From positions 20,049-78,841 of the forward strand of contig DFDY01000125.1 of assembly GCA_002368955.1 (NCBI GenBank): DNA of 58,793 nucleotides. The letters are read 5' to 3'. Both the position numbers and the translations under genes were made by a program. The notes beneath the pieces were generated by a model. That model made no database searches. It had not been told where the DNA came from and saw nothing but the letters and a program-made list of their open reading frames with translations. This document shows, in pieces, positions 54,665-58,793 of the stretch. Source of the DNA: Bacteroidales bacterium UBA3816. GTDB lineage: Bacteria > Bacteroidota > Bacteroidia > Bacteroidales > P3. Each line of letters starts with the position of its first letter. Positions within the stretch are counted from its first letter, which is position 1.

Positions 54665-54934
54665 TCATCGTTTTTCATCTTCTTTGAGAACTGATACCCG
54701 AACCGATGTACTTGACATTGTCTCATACTCCATCACTTTAGGTTTCACGTCAAGCTGTAGCCCGATAGTGTCAAGAATATCCAGCAAAGTGGTTATCTGT
54801 GGGTTCCCTTTACCGCGTTCAATGGCCACAAGCGTGTTGACGGCAACCCCCGAAAGCTCCGAAACGGTGCGCTGGTTCACCCCCAGCTCCGCCCTTCGCT
54901 CCCTGATAATCTGTCCAATTTCCTTCAAGTCCAT
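54665..54934 (-). CDS. XRE/HipB-like (y4mF-type) HTH regulator
   Basis: Start moved to ATG 54934 (MDLKEIGQIIRERRAELGVNQRTVSELSGVAVNTLVAIERGKGNP...). TACTTTTG -7 box on the minus strand at 54962-54969. Confidence 0.7.
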   Translation of the reverse strand: MDLKEIGQIIRERRAELGVNQRTVSELSGVAVNTLVAIERGKGNPQITTLLDILDTIGLQLDVKPKVMEYETMSSTSVRVSVLKEDEKR

Positions 54935-54994
54935 AATACCAATATATTGCAATTTTCCTTGCAAAAGTACTACTTTTTTCCCATTTAGCAAAAT

Positions 54995-55018
54995 AAAATC
55001 GCAATATGTTGCGATTTT
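54995..55018 (-). terminator. 10-bp hairpin plus T-rich tail on the minus strand
   Basis: Minus strand reads AAAATCGCAA-CATA-TTGCGATTTT followed by ATTTTG. It lies downstream of a minus-strand -7 box at 55205-55212. Confidence 0.5.
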
Positions 55019-55737
55019 ATATCATATTATCCATTTAATGAACACAAATCTTACTTATCCACACAAATCATTGTTTCATTTTACTTTCTTTTAGATCGTA
55101 CCTTAGTGGGCTGTGGCGTCGCCTATGGAGGAGAAGGAATGACGAAAGAACCTTATGTGAACGAGCAATAGAATGTTCACTTACTTACCGCCCGTTTCCA
55201 AATGCAAAGATAATGCGGATAACGACATAGCAATCTTTTTCGCCCCCCCCACCAAAAAAAAATAATCCCCCCTTTTTTACAAAAGAATTGTAACATGTAT
55301 CTTTCACCTCCCTCATGCAGTGTTCACTGTTCATTGCATTTTTTTTCCCTTCCACTTCGATTCCATTTTTGGTTATTTATAAAAGACAACACAACCTATG
55401 CAAAATAATCTTACTAATTGAAAAATAATTCGTACCTTTGCACCTTGAATTAATGCAGTACTAACAAAAGAAAACAACATATCTAACAAAGAAAATAAAC
55501 ATACATAAATAACATAGCGTTTGCTATTTGTTCCGACCTAACTGAAACGTGGAACTTTCATCAAAGGCTCAAAGGATGACAAATAGAAATGCTTGCCGAT
55601 GGGCGAGCGTTTTAGTCTTTCCTTTGAGAGGTATTCCACGACCGCAGTTAGGGGACGAGATTGCTCGCCTTCTTTTTTGTCTGTGGTCGTCGGAATGTAT
55701 ACAAGGAATCGGTAGCATCGCACAAACAGCAACCACT

Positions 55738-55965
55738 ATGCAGATACACATAGGTCACATTATCCGCGACGAACTGCACCGACAAAGTCACACAAACCAG
55801 TGGCTCGCCGACCAATTGAGCGTGGATCGCAGCACAGTACAACGCTTATTCAATAAACCATCCATTGACACTCAGCAGCTACTACGTATTAGCAAAGTGC
55901 TTGGAAAGGATATGTTTGTATATTATTCCCAAGTCTTGAATGACGTAGCAGATGTTGCCACGTAG
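55738..55965 (+). CDS. Small HTH protein (75 aa)
   Basis: Start moved to ATG 55738 (MQIHIGHIIRDELHRQSHTNQWLADQLSVDRSTVQRLFNKPSIDTQQLLRISKVL...), a pattern common in small Bacteroidales XRE-like regulators. Confidence 0.65.
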   Translation: MQIHIGHIIRDELHRQSHTNQWLADQLSVDRSTVQRLFNKPSIDTQQLLRISKVLGKDMFVYYSQVLNDVADVAT

Positions 55966-56000
55966 CAATATTTGCTACATCGTGAATGTCATATTCGTTG

Positions 56001-56008
56001 TAATTTTG
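56001..56008 (+). promoter_or_regulatory. -7 promoter box TAATTTTG at the head of the AT-rich cassette
   Basis: TAnnTTTG 28 nt before ATG 56036. Confidence 0.5.
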
Positions 56009-56035
56009 CATTTATAAATTTATAAGTAAAGGCAC

Positions 56036-56188
56036 ATGCAACAGATTATAGCATATATTATTCAACAGGCAGCTGCGCTTGGTATGAGTGCATTACAGTA
56101 TATTACGAACATTTATCCTGACCTAGTTCGGCGGTATGGGCATCATCTTGTGATTATAGTTATAGAATACTTCAAGAAAAACAGTTAA
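56036..56188 (+). CDS. Possible 50-aa ORF (MQQIIAYIIQQAAALGMSALQYITNIYPDLVRRYGHHLVIIVIEYFKKNS)
   Basis: Not in the track (too short). Lies between the promoter box and the next gene, 13 nt upstream of ATG 56202. Confidence 0.3.
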   Translation: MQQIIAYIIQQAAALGMSALQYITNIYPDLVRRYGHHLVIIVIEYFKKNS

Positions 56189-56201
56189 TAAAATTCAAGG
56201 A

Positions 56202-56786
56202 ATGAAAACAACAATCATTAAAATCGGAATCGTCCTTTCTTGCATGGTGATGGGGTTTACTCCCATTGCGAAAGGACAAATCTACAGTAGCGAGGACTGT
56301 TTTTATGCGCGGGCAGGGGAAAATGAGGTTTGTTATGTGGTAAAGTTCCAAGGTTCTAAAGTATGGTTGAAGAGGGACTATCATTCAGGTGTCCGACATA
56401 ATCTAGCTAAGTCTAAAAACTATTATGAGAATGAGGTTTGGTATGACCAAAAAGATGGGGTAGATATGTATGAATACGTGCCATCAATGTCTACTTCACA
56501 AAGAGAAGTATACAAACGCGTGATAAAAAGTGCCATATATAAAGCTGGTTGTTATTCTTGCCGGTTTTATCCTTCTTTAGGTTACTCTGTTGGATGTGGT
56601 AGACATGGTTACGAAGAAATTCAGACCTATTATGTAGCCTTTTCGAAAGACAAGTCTTCGTTTATTGAATGGCATGTAGATGCGGATGATGTCGACAAAG
56701 AAATACGAGAAAAGGAAGCCTATACTCGAATCCCAAAGCAAGACCTAATGCCTAAAGCCGCCAATTATGACTTTCTCAATGAGTAA
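56202..56786 (+). CDS. Exported hypothetical protein (194 aa)
   Basis: Signal peptide MKTTIIKIGIVLSCMVMGFTPIAKGQ; AT-rich; overlaps the next gene. Confidence 0.6.
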   Translation: MKTTIIKIGIVLSCMVMGFTPIAKGQIYSSEDCFYARAGENEVCYVVKFQGSKVWLKRDYHSGVRHNLAKSKNYYENEVWYDQKDGVDMYEYVPSMSTSQREVYKRVIKSAIYKAGCYSCRFYPSLGYSVGCGRHGYEEIQTYYVAFSKDKSSFIEWHVDADDVDKEIREKEAYTRIPKQDLMPKAANYDFLNE

Positions 56787-57489
56787 ACATATTTTAGTTG
56801 TTGTGCTGGTGCTATGGTGCATTGCTGTGCCAGCTCAGAATGTCCACTACTATAAGTTGGTGCATACCAAAATAGACGGTGTGGACAACAAAAACGTATC
56901 GGGTGGACAGTTCATCACGTTTGTTAGCGATATTTGCTTTGAGTCGAATAACAAGGGGGTGGGGGTAAACCACGGTAAACTGACTCGTAACGATAATTAC
57001 AGCAACGCACAATATACAACCTATCAGGGTTCGAGTTATTGGGGAAGTTCAACTACATTCAAATTCAATGCTGACAAGAGCGTACTGAATGTGATATTGG
57101 ACAATGGAGACATATTCGTCTACAAACGTACCTCTCCGCCAGCGGGCGTTACCACTTGCTCTCTAATCCGAAAGAAACAGAGCGGAGGTGGAACTACTAC
57201 AGGAGGCTATAATCCCCCAATAGTATATCCACCAGTGCAACAATATCCCCAAGGGCAAAACCAGCAACAACAGTACCAGCAACCCCAAACTCCCACTCAG
57301 ACTCGAACACAACAACAGCAGCCAACTAGGACGAAATGCACATATTGCAACGGGACGGGTGAAATAACAAAAGAGGACGGCTTTTCTCTCGGTCTGGGTA
57401 CTAAGTATTGTGACAAATGCAAAAAGACCGTTTCGAAAGGCCACTATCATGCCCCATGCCCCTTCTGCCATGGAAAAGGATATCAATAG
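56779..57489 (+). CDS. Exported or membrane-anchored protein with a Gln/Pro-rich linker and a C-terminal DnaJ-type CxxCxGxG zinc finger
   Basis: Start ATG 56779 (alternative 56767). Hydrophobic N-terminus HILVVVLVLWCIAVPAQN. Linker QQYPQGQNQQQQYQQPQTPTQTRTQQQQP. C-terminus CTYCNGTG...CDKCKK...CPFCHGKG. Confidence 0.6.
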   Translation: MSKHILVVVLVLWCIAVPAQNVHYYKLVHTKIDGVDNKNVSGGQFITFVSDICFESNNKGVGVNHGKLTRNDNYSNAQYTTYQGSSYWGSSTTFKFNADKSVLNVILDNGDIFVYKRTSPPAGVTTCSLIRKKQSGGGTTTGGYNPPIVYPPVQQYPQGQNQQQQYQQPQTPTQTRTQQQQPTRTKCTYCNGTGEITKEDGFSLGLGTKYCDKCKKTVSKGHYHAPCPFCHGKGYQ

Positions 57490-57552
57490 TCTTTAACGTC
57501 CACAACATAATTCAAAATATAAACTATTGTTTAACGCAAATTATATAAACCA

Positions 57553-58416
57553 ATGGAAAAACGTATAATTATAGAGTGTCTTTTGGCCATGCTAGTTTGT
57601 AGCTCCTGCAAAACATACAACATGCTACCTTATCCACAAGTTGGCGTAACAGTTGCAAACCATCAATTCACAATTCAAAATATGGATAACAATGGTATGT
57701 GTGACGTAAAGACGTTAACTGCTCATTATGAAGGCTTCGATATTGAGTACTCCATTAATAAGAAATGGATAATGACTTTTACCATAGTTAACAAAACAGG
57801 CAACAGCCTTATTATAGATAAGTCGAAATGCTATGTGTTGTATGATGGCTACTCTAGAGAGTTGTTTAAAGATGTACGTTCAGGCAGAATGACAACTTTC
57901 AACAATGTTCAAGATGCTATCAACAATGTTCAAACTACAGAAAATAGTGTTACATTCCAAATACCGCCTTATTCAAAGTGGACTCTACCGATTGAAGAGT
58001 GCAATCTCCAAGTATGGAAAAAACTTCCTGATTGTCCTACCACAGTAGGTACATATAATCACTCAATTTATGATGCAAATGAAAACGTTGAATTTGTTAT
58101 TATCTATTCCTTCGACTATACTTTGTCCCAATGGAAAACATCAAGAAACAGAATATGGATAGGTAGTAGTATTGTTGAGAATAGTACTATGAATGGGTCA
58201 CCAAAAATTGGTGATGTCACATGGAATTGTGGAACTGCAATATCAGAAATTAAAAATTGTGACTACTCTGAATATAATAGAGTTTTTAAGGAAAATAAAC
58301 GTCGGGAGGAGCATAACGATAGAGTGGCAGAAACGAAGGCAACGCTTTTATTGATAGCTATAAGTCCTATAATACTTGCTGGAATAGCCGGGATGCTATA
58401 TCTTATCTTTGATTAG
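57553..58416 (+). CDS. Probable lipoprotein with a C-terminal transmembrane anchor (287 aa)
   Basis: N-terminus LLAMLVCSSCK (lipobox-like); C-terminus ATLLLIAISPIILAGIAGMLYLIF. Confidence 0.6.
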   Translation: MEKRIIIECLLAMLVCSSCKTYNMLPYPQVGVTVANHQFTIQNMDNNGMCDVKTLTAHYEGFDIEYSINKKWIMTFTIVNKTGNSLIIDKSKCYVLYDGYSRELFKDVRSGRMTTFNNVQDAINNVQTTENSVTFQIPPYSKWTLPIEECNLQVWKKLPDCPTTVGTYNHSIYDANENVEFVIIYSFDYTLSQWKTSRNRIWIGSSIVENSTMNGSPKIGDVTWNCGTAISEIKNCDYSEYNRVFKENKRREEHNDRVAETKATLLLIAISPIILAGIAGMLYLIFD

Positions 58417-58793
58417 CTTCTCAACATTGTAGAGCGGCACGTTCTCCATCCAGTCTTGGTCTTTGTAGGGCAATGTGGAGAATCGCACGCCTTTGAGGTC
58501 GGGGTTTTTCTCTATGAAGGTGCGTAGCGACTTGGAGTGGACATTTGCCTCGGCCTTTACCTCGATAGGCAGTATACGCTGTTCTGCCTGTACGATGAAG
58601 TCGACCTCCATCTGCGAATCATTGGTTGCGTAATAGTGGATGGGGAGCGCGGAAGGCATCATCTGCGACAGTACATACTGTTCAGAGAAAGCACCTTTAT
58701 ACTCAGAGAAAGCATTGTCGCCCAACAACACATCCTTTGCTGGTGCGTCCATCTGAGCACCAAGCAGTCCCACATCGTTCATATACAGCTTGA
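58396..58793 (-). CDS. C-terminal part of an AAA-ATPase/DUF4143 family protein (5' end outside the window)
   Basis: ...YYATNDSQMEVDFIVQAEQRILPIEVKAEANVHSKSL... matches the DUF4143 nuclease-like C-terminal pattern. The ORF runs off the window edge. Confidence 0.65.
   Translation of the reverse strand, partial: KLYMNDVGLLGAQMDAPAKDVLLGDNAFSEYKGAFSEQYVLSQMMPSALPIHYYATNDSQMEVDFIVQAEQRILPIEVKAEANVHSKSLRTFIEKNPDLKGVRFSTLPYKDQDWMENVPLYNVEKLIKDKI

Noticed and set aside
54665-54934. HipB/y4mF-like HTH as the antitoxin of a HipBA toxin-antitoxin module.
   Set aside because: No hipA-like kinase gene follows. The next 11 nt lead straight to the stop codon of the convergent gene. At most it is an orphan antitoxin-like regulator, and this cannot be taken further from sequence alone.
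55027-55063. DnaA-box 9-mers (TTATCCACA at 55055-55063; TTATCCATT at 55027-55035) as a second origin candidate.
   Set aside because: Only one perfect box, 4.8 kb from dnaA, with no adjacent AT-rich unwinding tract comparable to 50395-50580. Chance occurrence or a DnaA-titration site is more likely.

Overview
58.8-kb chromosomal segment with the hallmarks of a T9SS-bearing Bacteroidota (Bacteroidales-like) genome. TAnnTTTG -7 promoter boxes precede most genes, two giant proteins end in Por/T9SS C-terminal sorting domains, and a type A RNase P RNA is present. Layout: (1) 1-8.55 kb is the right-hand part of an integrated element: a primase-helicase operon, a divergent HTH repressor and AT-rich cargo, ending at a tRNA 3'-end-like att remnant. 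(2) 8.8-27.2 kb holds two divergent giant T9SS cargo genes (1799 and 1735 aa) flanking an alcohol dehydrogenase, a small OMP, nadE and an AAE-type transporter, with two cobalamin riboswitches in the 20.8-21.8 kb gap. (3) 27-48 kb is housekeeping: PIF1/HRDC helicase, a VanX-like pseudogene, GPx, MFS, trmO, PAP2, a DUF799/DUF4810 pair, rnpB, an ECF sigma pair, nfo, pepE, gyrB and an aminotransferase. (4) 48.8-54.7 kb holds dnaA, a 1.28-kb candidate oriC gap, and serC-serA. (5) 55-58.4 kb is an AT-rich islet of exported proteins. Most interesting: a cobalamin riboswitch drives only the 1735-aa T9SS protein, whose N-terminus resembles a DUF4430/transcobalamin-type B12-binding domain. Next: a second, orphan riboswitch followed by an ORF-less terminated transcript; an ECF sigma partnered with a membrane protein ending in a T9SS type B sorting domain; and a candidate defence/cargo module in the integrated element. 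No CRISPR array, rRNA, intact tRNA or transposase was seen. All domain calls come from motif recognition by eye, not from searches.
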